From the IMG/VR virus record IMGVR_UViG_3300044711_000046, positions 1 to 55,694 of that record: 55,694 bases of DNA; one strand, 5' to 3'. Below are positions 19,901-29,253 of this stretch, piece after piece. The translations under genes were made by a program, and so were the position numbers. The stretch's first letter is position 1. Every line of letters begins with the position of its first letter. This DNA comes from a virus. Its lineage: Duplodnaviria > Caudoviricetes. The notes below the pieces were generated by a model. It was not told the origin of the DNA. It ran no database searches and saw only the letters and a list, made by a program, of their open reading frames with translations.

Positions 19901-20187
19901 GCCCATCGGTCTGCGCTCGGCCGCTGGCTGTAGCAGCGCTTGTCCGTGAAGAGGAGGATCTCACCGTCACGCTCGCCGAGCCCGCGGGCGCCGGTGATGC
20001 TGCCGCCTGCGTTCTGGATCTGGGTCGAGAGCACCCGGTACCCGTTGCGCTTGCTTAGCGTCGTCTGCTTCGTAAATACGCAATTTTGCAGGTCTAATAG
20101 CTTCGTAGTCGGAACCTGCTTCGCCTCGGTGCGAGTATCTACGCCCCCTTCGAATTGCATGGCCAGCGGCGCCTTGCGGATGCTCAC
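16969..20187 (-). CDS. Tail nozzle/tubular protein (podovirus-like)
   Basis: FEGGVDT...LQNCVF...LSKRNG start; VIETAWI...WQKI and SELLL C-terminal region; position after adaptor. Confidence 0.7.
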   Translation of the reverse strand: MSIRKAPLAMQFEGGVDTRTEAKQVPTTKLLDLQNCVFTKQTTLSKRNGYRVLSTQIQNAGGSITGARGLGERDGEILLFTDKRCYSQRPSADRWADTGEVAATTASTLPIARTGTYQTQPDYAVRNGVAVVAWEDSRGGVWLSVIEEATGRILQSQTQIDSSANAKNPRCIACGDVLHVLWTREDLGQIKIAIVNPVTPATAPVVSIFTADLDGTKPFYDAEAAIAAPTGIVQRPGIIAWVRNGGGFRVAYIHPSGVIGSGVTGLPSATTFVDVVTGPMAISFNASDAQIAIGWIAVAGGTTIRVRFVNSSALGSSAFYDPVSVSAGYSRITLAWGAALPSGFAGLYWAAEVTAARSDLTAVESGLLDLGSVTPGAVTRLKGHGLVSRAWHDGAGTSVGLGTPDGDAYVMVAHTVRFNPYIAALRLSDSSGINSPGNTIVARLMPGDCSGSLMRVTGAGTRAWTQHLPSVQPLNMATTDIFSRQHAVILPYRIQLSSQFGDQFSEQGLKLCILDFDVQYQTAQLGRGLYLASAAPKHYDGDAWHEADFNAGPDLGFDATGAAIAMAATITPVPGGAGVIPAGTYLYAYWYEAVDAQGELHRSGVSTKMVGTIGALGKFNLGIPTCRLTNFSNVRLCAARSIQGATGADSQLALYRITSNDVTVTTGDNRYVNNDVTADSIVLSDNLTDAQLLTREPLYTNGGILSNDPAPWGGKMLAVAKNRLFFDSSSDPLQVCFTQQRADDTAMEAPVGLAVQVDPIGGPVTAIGVMDDVILPFKSGSIYAFGGPGPLADPSAAPESNAFTLPERVTGDVGCTSQMSICDSPAGITFQSAKGIMLLNRGRQLVNIGNPVEAYDSQTITRATLSTTVQRIIYLTDAGRSLLWDYNRDQWSTFTNHTGLDAVTVDGTYYYLRTDSRVFAETPGLYLDDNSQIPMVIETAWIHFAPYLQGWQKILWAYFLGSFKSAHTLSVRFRLDYNDAYSSAILNNVNANWNPSVYGGGSYGVGSYGGTGLDGTRYQRRIHLNKRCQAISFLIQDIEATGDGGASFELSELLLIGGGLGPDFKVGPSRSA

Positions 20188-20215
20188 TTGACAACTCCGT
20201 CCATTGTGGTAAGGT
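20188..20215 (+). promoter_or_regulatory. Promoter plus operator driving an antisense-oriented gene
   Basis: TTGACA ACTC CGTCCA, then TAAGGT; ATG at 20223. Confidence 0.7.
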
Positions 20216-20222
20216 TGTTGGC

Positions 20223-20474
20223 ATGAAGATCATGATCCTGATACTTGCGATGGCTGGTTGCGCTAACCTTGACGATCCCCCGATCGTGGAACGCCAGACG
20301 GTCGTAGTGGTTCACTCCTTGGCCCATGAATGCCCAAGCATTACACCGGAGCCGCGACTTGATATTATCTCCAACGTTGACGATAACGTAATCATATCGG
20401 AAGCCCAGCTGCATGCTGCAGAAGCCTGGATCGGTGAGATGCGCAGGTGGACCCTTTGCGCTCAAGGCTACTGA
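20223..20474 (+). CDS. Small lipoprotein (moron-like)
   Basis: MKIMILILAMAGC lipobox; fills the gap between two minus-strand tail genes. Confidence 0.7.
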   Translation: MKIMILILAMAGCANLDDPPIVERQTVVVVHSLAHECPSITPEPRLDIISNVDDNVIISEAQLHAAEAWIGEMRRWTLCAQGY

Positions 20475-20475
20475 T

Positions 20476-21636
20476 TCATGGAACATCGTAGTCTACTGCC
20501 ATAGATATAACGATCGGGTTCACAGCAGGAGCCGCTGTGAACTGAATATGATAAGTTCTAGATCCTGACGGTGTAAGGTTTACGCCATTTGCATTTTGAA
20601 TAGCGGTACCAGAGTTGGTCAAGGAGAAACCTGTAGTTGCATATGCAGTTCCGGCAGGATCGGCGGAACTCGTCTGAAATATAACCGCAGATGTCATATT
20701 TGTACGATCTGTTGCGCTCGCATAGTAGACGCGAACATTTACAATCCTACAATGTTGCGGTAACTCAGGTAACGGAAAGACTGCCTGAGCAGATGCACCG
20801 AACGTTGCGCCAGCACCCCCGCCAGCGGTTGGTGTCAGTGAGCCTGATTGGACATTAGCCATTCCGTTTGTAAGCATTCTCGAGACCGTCTTGATACCCT
20901 GCTTATAAACTCCAGTACCAGACAACACAAAGTTTGCATTCGCGGACAACGCGGGAGAGGTTGGAACAGTTAGGTTACCTGCAGAATCAGACGCTAAAAG
21001 TCCAATCGCGGCCGGCAACGCGGCCGGAAGTGTAAACGCATAGCTAGCCGCAAGTGCCGCAGGCGACGCTAGACGCACCCTATTCGTTGGCACACCGGCA
21101 GTCGGGTTCGCCTTGAACTCATACAGGTCTACGTCGGCGCACCGCATGCGAGCATATTGGCGGACCGCAGCTCCGATCTGCTGCTGAAACCAATAGCTGT
21201 CCGTGGCGTCATCGAATAACTCCAGCGCGCCGGCCGTCGAGTAGTCTCCGCCGATGCCACCGGCGAACCCTGCAACGTTGAGTGCAGCACCGATCGTGAC
21301 CTGAACATTGCTGCCAGCCGTCGTCCGGTAGTACAAGTTCGAATCTACGTTGCTGATGAACAGCGCGCCCGCAAGACTGGTCACCGACGATGGAGCCACC
21401 GTTACGAAATCGATCGCCGTCAGGTCCGTGATGGCGTGGCTCGTTCCGCCGCTCGACCATGATACGTCTGCGTTGATGTTCAGCGCGGCAGCGGCAATCT
21501 TGACGCCTTTCCCGGTGGTGTGATCATGCGAATCGATCAGACCGAACGCGGTATCCAGGATGACATCCCAAATCTCGGCGCTGTCGTGGTCCGAAGGGAG
21601 CACGAGCCCCATGTTTGCGGTAGGTGGCTGGCTCAT
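20476..21636 (-). CDS. Tail fibre-like protein
   Basis: TANMGLVLP...IDSHDHTTGKG attachment-like N-terminus; AT-richer 3' part. Confidence 0.65.
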   Translation of the reverse strand: MSQPPTANMGLVLPSDHDSAEIWDVILDTAFGLIDSHDHTTGKGVKIAAAALNINADVSWSSGGTSHAITDLTAIDFVTVAPSSVTSLAGALFISNVDSNLYYRTTAGSNVQVTIGAALNVAGFAGGIGGDYSTAGALELFDDATDSYWFQQQIGAAVRQYARMRCADVDLYEFKANPTAGVPTNRVRLASPAALAASYAFTLPAALPAAIGLLASDSAGNLTVPTSPALSANANFVLSGTGVYKQGIKTVSRMLTNGMANVQSGSLTPTAGGGAGATFGASAQAVFPLPELPQHCRIVNVRVYYASATDRTNMTSAVIFQTSSADPAGTAYATTGFSLTNSGTAIQNANGVNLTPSGSRTYHIQFTAAPAVNPIVISMAVDYDVP

Positions 21637-21974
21637 CCGTAGACCTCGATCGATGCACCGGGCTGTGCGACCCCGACACACGTAATGGTTACCTGTGTCG
21701 TCGTCGGCGACTTCATGGCCCACGCCCACGTGGCGTTGGCGACCGACGGCGTGATCGTCAGCCCGGCTGGTGTACGGCCGAGACCGTGATTTATGACGTT
21801 GTCTCCGACGATCAGATCCATGGTCAGCGTCGCCCGATCGCGGATCTGGTCGGCGGCGCGCTGCGCCGTAGCTGCGATTTGGCGGACCGTGAATGCATCG
21901 ATCTCCTCACCGTTGACTGGCGCGATTTGGCGTTGGCGTGTCGCTGGTCGCGTTGGTTTCAAGGCTGGCATCAA
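21633..21974 (-). CDS. Small tail-associated protein
   Basis: INHGLGRTPAG motif; coupled to neighbours. Confidence 0.55.
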   Translation of the reverse strand: MMPALKPTRPATRQRQIAPVNGEEIDAFTVRQIAATAQRAADQIRDRATLTMDLIVGDNVINHGLGRTPAGLTITPSVANATWAWAMKSPTTTQVTITCVGVAQPGASIEVYG

Positions 21975-22672
21975 TAGTACCCATCATCCTCATCGCCGTA
22001 GCCCCAGCGACCAGGCGGACCATTTGGATCGAGCGAGAAGGGCTCACCCGCGTCTCGACTGTCGGACGAGGAACGCAGCCCGGCGATATCCTCGGCGATC
22101 TGGCGGTTGATGCCGGACACATCGAGATCCGAGCGATCGAGACACGCGCGCTGCGCGAGGTGCACCACAAGCTCCTCTTCGGCTGGGACGTCGAAGGTCA
22201 CCGGCGTAACATCCGCGATACTGGCGAACTGCACCGGTAGGGGGATCCAGAAGATCCGCGCGGTCGCAGTCGGCGGAACGGGAACGAACACGAGGTTCTG
22301 GCCTTGCATCCGGTAGCGCAGTCGACTTACCGACGTCGCGGTGTTGGTCGTGTAGCGATACGCGACCTCAAGGTCATGCGGAAAGCAGCGACGGAACGAG
22401 GTTCCGTTTTGGCTGACGTCGAGGTGACGCAGCTTGTAAAAATTTGGCGCGACCGTCGACAGCACGTACGAGCTCGTGCCGGCGACGATCGCAAAGGTCG
22501 CGTCGAGTGTATAGTAGTCCGCCCATTTCTTGACCATCTCGTCGTACCCACGGATCAGCCCGTAGTTGATCGCCTGCAACAACACCGTGCCGGTGATGTC
22601 CGCAGAATTCTCCCACTGGCCAGCCTGTTGTACGGCCAGGCTGAGTTGAGCGAAGGTACGCGTGATGGCCAT
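21971..22672 (-). CDS. Head-tail adaptor
   Basis: TFAQL...INYG...YVL...NFYKL, YRMQGQNLVFVPVP; position after head genes. Confidence 0.7.
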   Translation of the reverse strand: MAITRTFAQLSLAVQQAGQWENSADITGTVLLQAINYGLIRGYDEMVKKWADYYTLDATFAIVAGTSSYVLSTVAPNFYKLRHLDVSQNGTSFRRCFPHDLEVAYRYTTNTATSVSRLRYRMQGQNLVFVPVPPTATARIFWIPLPVQFASIADVTPVTFDVPAEEELVVHLAQRACLDRSDLDVSGINRQIAEDIAGLRSSSDSRDAGEPFSLDPNGPPGRWGYGDEDDGYY

Positions 22673-22675
22673 GGG

Positions 22676-22972
22676 TTAACCGCAGACCTCGCGGCGGCAC
22701 CAGGTGCCGGGAACGAACGCCGAGTTTGATGACTCCGGGGTCCCCGCATTGATCTCGGCAACGGTGGCGACTTCGGTCAGTCCGGATAACGCACCCATCC
22801 CGCCCAGCACCCCGTTATTTGGGTTGATGGCTGCGCAGACCACATCGATCACGTTGCTATCGTGAACTCGTACGACGATCGCCGGAGTGATGATACCTCC
22901 GAATGGTCCATCGCCTTCCGGTCGGTAGAACATCGCGAGCACCATGTCTCCGATTCTAGGATTACTTGCCAT
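22676..22972 (-). CDS. Hypothetical protein
   Basis: PRIGDMV...PAIVVRVH...PGTWC ORF in the late operon. Confidence 0.6.
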   Translation of the reverse strand: MASNPRIGDMVLAMFYRPEGDGPFGGIITPAIVVRVHDSNVIDVVCAAINPNNGVLGGMGALSGLTEVATVAEINAGTPESSNSAFVPGTWCRREVCG

Positions 22973-22975
22973 GGG

Positions 22976-23404
22976 CTAGTACCCCGGAATCGATTTCTGG
23001 CCCTTGATCTCAAAGATCACAAAGTCGGCCGCTGCGAGATCGGTCGGAGCATTCGTCGAGTCGAGGGTAACAGTGAACGAGAGCACTCTCGTCGTCGGAT
23101 TGTAGTCCTGAATGATCGCGCTCTTTGATGTCGCCTGCGGACACCAGACGTCGGCGTTGATGCCGAGAACATTCGCCGTCGAATCACGAAGCTTCATCGT
23201 GTAAACGCCAGCGCTTGCGCGCGTGATGTCGGTAGCGACCGTCGAGCACCAGTTGTTCGATGCCGCCATATAGCCGATTGCCGACGTCGCCGAGAACGTC
23301 GTAGGGGCGCGCACCGGAGGCGTCGCTCCGGTACCCTGGATTTTTGCGTAGAACGTGATGTGCTCGGGTGACATCGCATAGGCAAGACTCTCTGAACTGT
23401 TCAT
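22976..23404 (-). CDS. Head decoration-like protein, paralog B
   Basis: Shares TTFSATS, DITRxSAGxYT and DYNPTTRVL with the upstream gene. Confidence 0.6.
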   Translation of the reverse strand: MNSSESLAYAMSPEHITFYAKIQGTGATPPVRAPTTFSATSAIGYMAASNNWCSTVATDITRASAGVYTMKLRDSTANVLGINADVWCPQATSKSAIIQDYNPTTRVLSFTVTLDSTNAPTDLAAADFVIFEIKGQKSIPGY

Positions 23405-23820
23405 TATTCAACTGCCAGACTGCCGGTGATCGTAAACTTCACGAACTCGGCTGTAGTGATGTCGGTCAGGGTACCGCCAGCGTTGCGTGTGTTGAACGTT
23501 AACACCCGAGTCGTAGGATTGTAGTCGGTATCCTGCGACCACATCCCGGATGTTCCCCACACGTTTACCGAGATATCGAACACGACGGGAATCGTATCCT
23601 TGAACTTCACGGTATAGATTCCTGCGCTCGTACGCGTGATATCGCCGGCTGTCGAACTCACGAAGTTATTCGTCGCCGACATGAACGAAAGCGACGACGT
23701 AGCACTGAACGTCGTCGTTGGGATCGTCGGTGGGTTCGTCCCATTGCCCTGAACGGACCCAAACGCGACGACCACTTCACGGCTTACCGTGAACGATTCA
23801 GAGTACAGGGTCCTCAACAT
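23404..23820 (-). CDS. Head decoration-like protein, paralog A
   Basis: Directly after the major capsid gene; clear paralog of 22976-23404. Confidence 0.6.
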   Translation of the reverse strand: MLRTLYSESFTVSREVVVAFGSVQGNGTNPPTIPTTTFSATSSLSFMSATNNFVSSTAGDITRTSAGIYTVKFKDTIPVVFDISVNVWGTSGMWSQDTDYNPTTRVLTFNTRNAGGTLTDITTAEFVKFTITGSLAVE

Positions 23821-23829
23821 GACAAGACC

Positions 23830-25092
23830 TTACGGCAGCAGGATGACGCAGTTGTAGCCCGGGGCCTTGCAACTGAAGTTGTAGTACTCGCCGATGCGGG
23901 CCTCGTAGCCGTCGTTCGCCTCGGAGACCTTGATGATGCTACCCGCGCGCTTCTGGAGGAAGTTCGGCGCAGGACCGGCCGAGAACATGCACCAGGTCGA
24001 CCACGTGAGCACGTAGATGCGCTTCACAGGGCAGCAGCGATCCGTGTAGAGCGTCAGGTTCTTCCCGTTGAGGTTCACACGGAACCCGTCGAACCCGACG
24101 GTCGCCATCTTCTTTCCGTCGTAGCCGACGGCCGAGCTGATAACCCACTTGCCTTCGAGTTGCTTGGTCAGCGTCCCGAAGGTGATCGGATTCATCCACA
24201 CGACATCGGGATCTCCGCCAATGTTGTCGACGGCAGCGACGGCATCGACGAGCAGATTCGGAATCGAACGGCCATCCGTACCGTCGATTCGAATGCCGCC
24301 GAGATAGTCTGACTCCGTGGTGCGGTCGACGTTGTAAAACAGCGTCGCGCTCGGCGCCGCATCGGGAACCCAGTCAGCGAGGCCGGACGATGCCAGGAAG
24401 CTACCAGCGGCAAGGATGTCACCGTTGAGGTATAGGAAGTCCGATGCCGCAATCGCGGCGATACCGGCCGATAGGTTGCCCGTCGCGGTGAACGTGCCGA
24501 GAACCCGGTTGACGGTAGCGATCGTGAAGAACGTACCCGCCGAGCGAAGCGCGCCGCCGAGCGTGGCGCTCGCGACAATGTTTTCGCCCTGTCGAATGCC
24601 CCACATCGAGCTGATGTCGACAAACGCACCGTTCACCGACGCGACGGTAGTCGTCGAGGTAAGCTGTCCAACTTCACCCGCAGCGGTGCGGAAGAAACGG
24701 AAGTTGATGTAGTTACCCTCGGCCTCGATGCCGTTGTCGAACTCATCGAATGCCGATTCGAACGCGTCCTCGTCACCGGTGGCAGTCGCCTCGATCGCCT
24801 GGTTGTCGACCTTGGCGATCCGGTAGTGCGTCTTGCGGGTGACGTTGAAATTCTTGTACGAGCTGATGTTGTTCTGCGCGTTCGTGACCGCGGTAGCGAA
24901 CACCGATGCGCCGCCACCGGGCAGCGCGGTCATGATGGGCTGCACCCATTCGCGACCGCCCACGAGCTTCTTCTGGCTCTTGGCGAGCATGCCGGTCGCC
25001 TTGTTTTTCTGCATCGCCATACGGGCGATTTCGAACGGGGAATAGTGCTCCTTGACCATCGGGTCAAAGGCGGTGAGATCCATAACAGCCAT
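23830..25092 (-). CDS. Major capsid protein
   Basis: 420 aa after portal and scaffold; GLADWVP, PDVVWMNP, YNFSCKAPGYN; strongly biased codons. Confidence 0.85.
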   Translation of the reverse strand: MAVMDLTAFDPMVKEHYSPFEIARMAMQKNKATGMLAKSQKKLVGGREWVQPIMTALPGGGASVFATAVTNAQNNISSYKNFNVTRKTHYRIAKVDNQAIEATATGDEDAFESAFDEFDNGIEAEGNYINFRFFRTAAGEVGQLTSTTTVASVNGAFVDISSMWGIRQGENIVASATLGGALRSAGTFFTIATVNRVLGTFTATGNLSAGIAAIAASDFLYLNGDILAAGSFLASSGLADWVPDAAPSATLFYNVDRTTESDYLGGIRIDGTDGRSIPNLLVDAVAAVDNIGGDPDVVWMNPITFGTLTKQLEGKWVISSAVGYDGKKMATVGFDGFRVNLNGKNLTLYTDRCCPVKRIYVLTWSTWCMFSAGPAPNFLQKRAGSIIKVSEANDGYEARIGEYYNFSCKAPGYNCVILLP

Positions 25093-25104
25093 GAGATTTG
25101 GTCC

Positions 25105-26424
25105 TTACGCTTGCTTTTTGAAGTGTTTGGCGAACAGCGCTTTGGCACTGGCCGCACGTCGGTCTCGCCGATCCATCGGATAATCCCGATCGTCGGCGTT
25201 CTCCTCCTCGACACGAGCGACGGGTAGCGAGGCTGGCTTCGCGGCTGGACCTGGTGCCGCACCTGTGGAAGCTACTTTCGCCGCTGGCGCCTTCGTCGGA
25301 GGAACGAGATATGGTTTCGATTTGAGTGCTTCGGCTTTCTTGAGGTCAGCCTCTGCCTTTTGCCGATAGAATTCGTTCGCCGCCTTCGTGGCGGTTTCGA
25401 GGTTCGGTTTCATCGTGTCGGGCAGCTGGTAGCCCGGGTTTTCGCGCTTCCACTTGTTCGCGGCTTCATCCTGCGCCTTGATCACGTCCCACACGATCAC
25501 GTTGGCAGCAAGGCCACCGGTGATGTCCGGATCATGCAGGTACGGATACGTCGCCTTGGCCGGCGCGATCAGTTGAGCGACCTGCGCAAGCGCATTCTGC
25601 TCGTGCGCGTGAGTCTCGGCTGCAGCCTTCGCATCGGCCGCAGCCTTCTCCGTCGCGATGCGTTGCTCGGCGAGTGCAGCTTCGCGCTTGCCGACGTCCG
25701 AGCGCATCGCCCGCATCGCCCGCATCGCCTTGCGAGAGTCAAGTCCGGCCTTGTAGTCGGGCGGCAGCTTGGCGTCGAGGGCCGTCTCGGAAAGCTCGGC
25801 GGTAATGTCAGCGATAAGCGTCTTCGCTTCCTCGGGATCCGTAACGCCGTACACGCTCTTGAGCCAGTTAATCAGCGTTGAGCCCGGCTTGTCGATCAGC
25901 GCGGCGAGGTCCGGTAGCAGTTTCTCGCGCTCGGCGAACTGCTTCTCCTTCTCCGCAAAGGTCCGCTCGCGCTCGTCCTGTAGTGCCTTAGCCTGAGCGA
26001 CGGCGGGATCGGGACCCGTCGGAGCGGGCGCCATCGGCAACGGGATGAGCGGGATAGGAAGCGGCGCCGCAGGAGCAGTAGGAGCAGCTACGGCAGGAGC
26101 CGCAGCGACAGCCGCAGGAGCAACCTCAGCCGCCTCAGTGCCCATCGGTTCGAGGTCGTCACCGACCACGACGACCGGATCGCCAGCTGCTTCGGCCTTG
26201 GCACCGGCCTCCGCCATGGCCCGAATCTTCGCCCGCACGCTGTCGCTGATGACGCGCTGGCCGCGTGGCTCACGGCCTGGTGGTGCCTCTGGATTGTCAC
26301 CCTTTTCGCCGTCGACGAGGACAGGCTGGACGCGTTCCGCTGGCGCGCGCGTGGTGATTGTGGATTCGGCGCCGTCCTCGTTGGTGGCGGTTTCTGTTAC
26401 TGCGGGCTCGAAGTCATCGCTCAT
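25105..26424 (-). CDS. Capsid scaffolding protein
   Basis: Ala/Pro/Glu-rich helical protein between portal and capsid; basic C-terminal helix. Confidence 0.7.
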   Translation of the reverse strand: MSDDFEPAVTETATNEDGAESTITTRAPAERVQPVLVDGEKGDNPEAPPGREPRGQRVISDSVRAKIRAMAEAGAKAEAAGDPVVVVGDDLEPMGTEAAEVAPAAVAAAPAVAAPTAPAAPLPIPLIPLPMAPAPTGPDPAVAQAKALQDERERTFAEKEKQFAEREKLLPDLAALIDKPGSTLINWLKSVYGVTDPEEAKTLIADITAELSETALDAKLPPDYKAGLDSRKAMRAMRAMRSDVGKREAALAEQRIATEKAAADAKAAAETHAHEQNALAQVAQLIAPAKATYPYLHDPDITGGLAANVIVWDVIKAQDEAANKWKRENPGYQLPDTMKPNLETATKAANEFYRQKAEADLKKAEALKSKPYLVPPTKAPAAKVASTGAAPGPAAKPASLPVARVEEENADDRDYPMDRRDRRAASAKALFAKHFKKQA

Positions 26425-28421
26425 GAGACACCTGGGGGTAGAGCACCTGGGGGTAGGGACAGCGGCATTCCGGCCGCTAACTGAGAAGTGGCACCCATCA
26501 TTGGGTCCGTGATTCCGGGCGGCGCGGTCATGGCCGCCATATCAGGCGGCGCTGGCATTCCGGCATCAGGCGGCGGCGCACCAGCGCCAGGAGGCATAGC
26601 CGGCGCAGCATTCTTCATGCTGTTGCTCGCATCGAGCATCTGGAGGAACCACCGGTAGCGACCGAGCGCCGCATCCTTGGCGCCGCGCGAGAACGCATCG
26701 CCGAGAGTTCCCTTGGCCATCTCGAGGGCAAGTACCGGGTCCATCTCCGGGGTGGGCGCGCAATCCTCAAGAGGGATATCCTCGTTGCCGAGCATCTCCA
26801 TGACCTTTTCGATCATCCGCTTGGGTCCGAGGATGTGTCTGAACTCGCGCGCGATGTCCGGCTCCTCGAACAACGAGGCCGTCTGAAGCGGCGAGGTCAA
26901 GAGGCCGGGAATCTTGCCGAGGTCACCGAGCGCATCGAGTTTGCCGGCTCGCGAATCGGGCAGGAAGTTGATCGGCTCGATGTTGAGGTGGTATCCGCCG
27001 CTATCGAAATCGAATTTCTTCCACTCGATCTCCCTGATCCACGACGCTTTCTCACCTTCAAAGTCTTTGTCGTCGGCGAGATCCTTCGCTTCGTCGAGAA
27101 GGACCATCCCGATGTCCACGCGGCTCATCGCCTGTTGCGACTCTAGGAGGCTAAACCGGTCGGACTGGATGTCTTCCATCGTATCGAGCGCCTTGCCCGA
27201 CGCGTTTGGTCCGAGGCTGCTACGGCTGCTAGCGGATGCCTGACTGATGCCTGAAATCTCGTACATCTGCTGGATCAGCCATCGCAGGCTGTCCATCGCC
27301 TGGGTGCTGGCCGGATTTGGAGCGATATACTCGGGTTTCGCGCCATCGAACTCGATCGCGATTGGATGGCGAGCTCGCAGGTGGTGCTTGTTGACGTCGG
27401 AACCGCGCTGCATGAACACCTTGAGGCCCGAACCCCAGTACAGGGCCTCCTGGTGATCGTTCCACAACTCGTTGACCTTGTTCTGGCTACCGCCAAGCTG
27501 CTGGATCAGCCCGATGCCGTAGAAACCGCGCATCGCCGGTGTCCATTGGATGCGCGCGACCGGGAATCGAGTCCGATTCCACTGGTATTCATCGAGTGGC
27601 TTGCCGCCATCACGGATCGTGACTACGCAGAGGCCGTCCTCGGCACCGGGATACGACGGAAGCGACCAGCCGGTGATCATCTCGATCTGGTCGCTGTCGA
27701 TCGGTGAGTCGTAGTCGTACGGGTCCCAGTAATCGCGTGGCGCTTGACTCACCTTGCGGATTCGAGCAGCAGCGTCGGGGTACTGCGCCGCCAAACGGTC
27801 GCGATCTACGCGCTTAACGCGCGCGAGCCGCAGCGGCATGCCATCACGCGCCTCGCCATCGTCGAAAACCAGCTCAGATCGCGGGAATTTCTCGATGCCG
27901 ACGTCTCCGCCCTGGCGAACCGCCTGAACGAAACCATCTCCGCGCACCACGCCATCGCGCAGGAACATCGGCATCATCCGCTCGATGGACGGCTGACCCA
28001 TCTTGCGGCGCAGGATGCGGCTCGCGGACTCCGCGTAGAGTTTTTCGCTGTATTCCGCGTCGTCGCAGCTGATGATCGGCATCGGTCGGCGTTTCGCCAC
28101 ACGGCTGACTACCGTGTCCACCATCGACTGAAGGACGTTGAGATAGCTGGACGCCTTGCTCTGCGCGCGAAGGAAGTCCATCGCCGCTGTAGCGATACGT
28201 CTGCCCACAGGCCTGCCCTCGTAGATGGCCTCGTGGATCAGATCGAGCGTGTTGTACCCGCGGAGAAACGCGCGACGCGTCTCGACCCACGAGATCAAGC
28301 CATCAGAAGTCGGCTTACCCGATTGCTTCCACCACCGATCGGTGGTTAGCGTCGGTTCCTCGGGCAACTCACGGCCCGGACGTGTATCGGCGACGTCCTT
28401 AGGTTTGCGGACCGACGCCAA
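26421..28421 (-). CDS. Portal protein
   Basis: 666 aa; NVLQSMVDT, GFYGIGLIQQL, YEISGISQ, NASGKAL; Pro/Met-rich tail. Confidence 0.85.
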   Translation of the reverse strand: MASVRKPKDVADTRPGRELPEEPTLTTDRWWKQSGKPTSDGLISWVETRRAFLRGYNTLDLIHEAIYEGRPVGRRIATAAMDFLRAQSKASSYLNVLQSMVDTVVSRVAKRRPMPIISCDDAEYSEKLYAESASRILRRKMGQPSIERMMPMFLRDGVVRGDGFVQAVRQGGDVGIEKFPRSELVFDDGEARDGMPLRLARVKRVDRDRLAAQYPDAAARIRKVSQAPRDYWDPYDYDSPIDSDQIEMITGWSLPSYPGAEDGLCVVTIRDGGKPLDEYQWNRTRFPVARIQWTPAMRGFYGIGLIQQLGGSQNKVNELWNDHQEALYWGSGLKVFMQRGSDVNKHHLRARHPIAIEFDGAKPEYIAPNPASTQAMDSLRWLIQQMYEISGISQASASSRSSLGPNASGKALDTMEDIQSDRFSLLESQQAMSRVDIGMVLLDEAKDLADDKDFEGEKASWIREIEWKKFDFDSGGYHLNIEPINFLPDSRAGKLDALGDLGKIPGLLTSPLQTASLFEEPDIAREFRHILGPKRMIEKVMEMLGNEDIPLEDCAPTPEMDPVLALEMAKGTLGDAFSRGAKDAALGRYRWFLQMLDASNSMKNAAPAMPPGAGAPPPDAGMPAPPDMAAMTAPPGITDPMMGATSQLAAGMPLSLPPGALPPGVS

Positions 28422-28860
28422 TCATAGGCACGTGCGCATTCCCTGGGGCGCAGTTGCTACGGTCGCACGGATACTTCACGACTCGCGGCTCGGTCGTGAG
28501 CGTTGACGTAAAATCGACCCACGGCGAACGTGTCACCTTGATCTCGAAGCACAACTCGCCGAGCACGTACAGCCGATCGTACTCAACGCTCGGACGGTCC
28601 ATGCTGTGAGTTCCCTGCTGATACTCGAGCAGGCATTCGCTCGGCTGGTATCCAAGCGCCAGTACGTGGCGAGCGAACTCCTCCATCATGTTGCGGCGCG
28701 GCGCCATCTGCTCGCTGACGGACTTCATGATCTCGTCGGAGATTTCCTTGCCACGCGCAAAATCATCCTTGAGCGTCCGTCGCTTGCTCGGTTTTGGCTT
28801 GACCCAGTCCGGTACGTTGGTCCGTAGATGATCGAACATCTTCAGGTCCATGGCCGGCAT
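28399..28860 (-). CDS. Hypothetical protein with capsid-like N-terminus
   Basis: MPAMDLKMFD vs capsid MAVMDLTAFD. Confidence 0.6.
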   Translation of the reverse strand: MPAMDLKMFDHLRTNVPDWVKPKPSKRRTLKDDFARGKEISDEIMKSVSEQMAPRRNMMEEFARHVLALGYQPSECLLEYQQGTHSMDRPSVEYDRLYVLGELCFEIKVTRSPWVDFTSTLTTEPRVVKYPCDRSNCAPGNAHVPMIGVGPQT

Positions 28861-29253
28861 CTACCTGTGCTCCGTACGGATGCCGTGGTCGAGCAGCCAG
28901 CCTTCGAGCTCCGAATGCACCGTCTCGACACCCTTGGCCATCGTATCCTGAGCCTTCGTCGTCGCGACGTACGGCTTGTGCAGGTAGATGACCTTGTCGA
29001 CAGGCGGACGCTCACCGGGATGCTTGTCGCGCCACTTGCGAAGTGCGCGGGATGCCGATACGCCTTCGACGATCCATGGACCCGGTTCGTCGAGCCATCC
29101 GGACACATGTGCAGAGCTGGACGACCAATCGAGACCCATGGTCAGCGTATCATCGGTGTGCTTGATGTTGTTGTGGCCGCTCGAATCGGCGAGCGACTCG
29201 GACAGCGAGGTCTTGCCGGTCCGTGGTCCACCGGTGATGAGGATGCGGGTCAT
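28861..29253 (-). CDS. Small P-loop kinase-like protein
   Basis: ILITGGPRTGKT, HTDD, WIVEGV. Confidence 0.7.
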   Translation of the reverse strand: MTRILITGGPRTGKTSLSESLADSSGHNNIKHTDDTLTMGLDWSSSSAHVSGWLDEPGPWIVEGVSASRALRKWRDKHPGERPPVDKVIYLHKPYVATTKAQDTMAKGVETVHSELEGWLLDHGIRTEHR

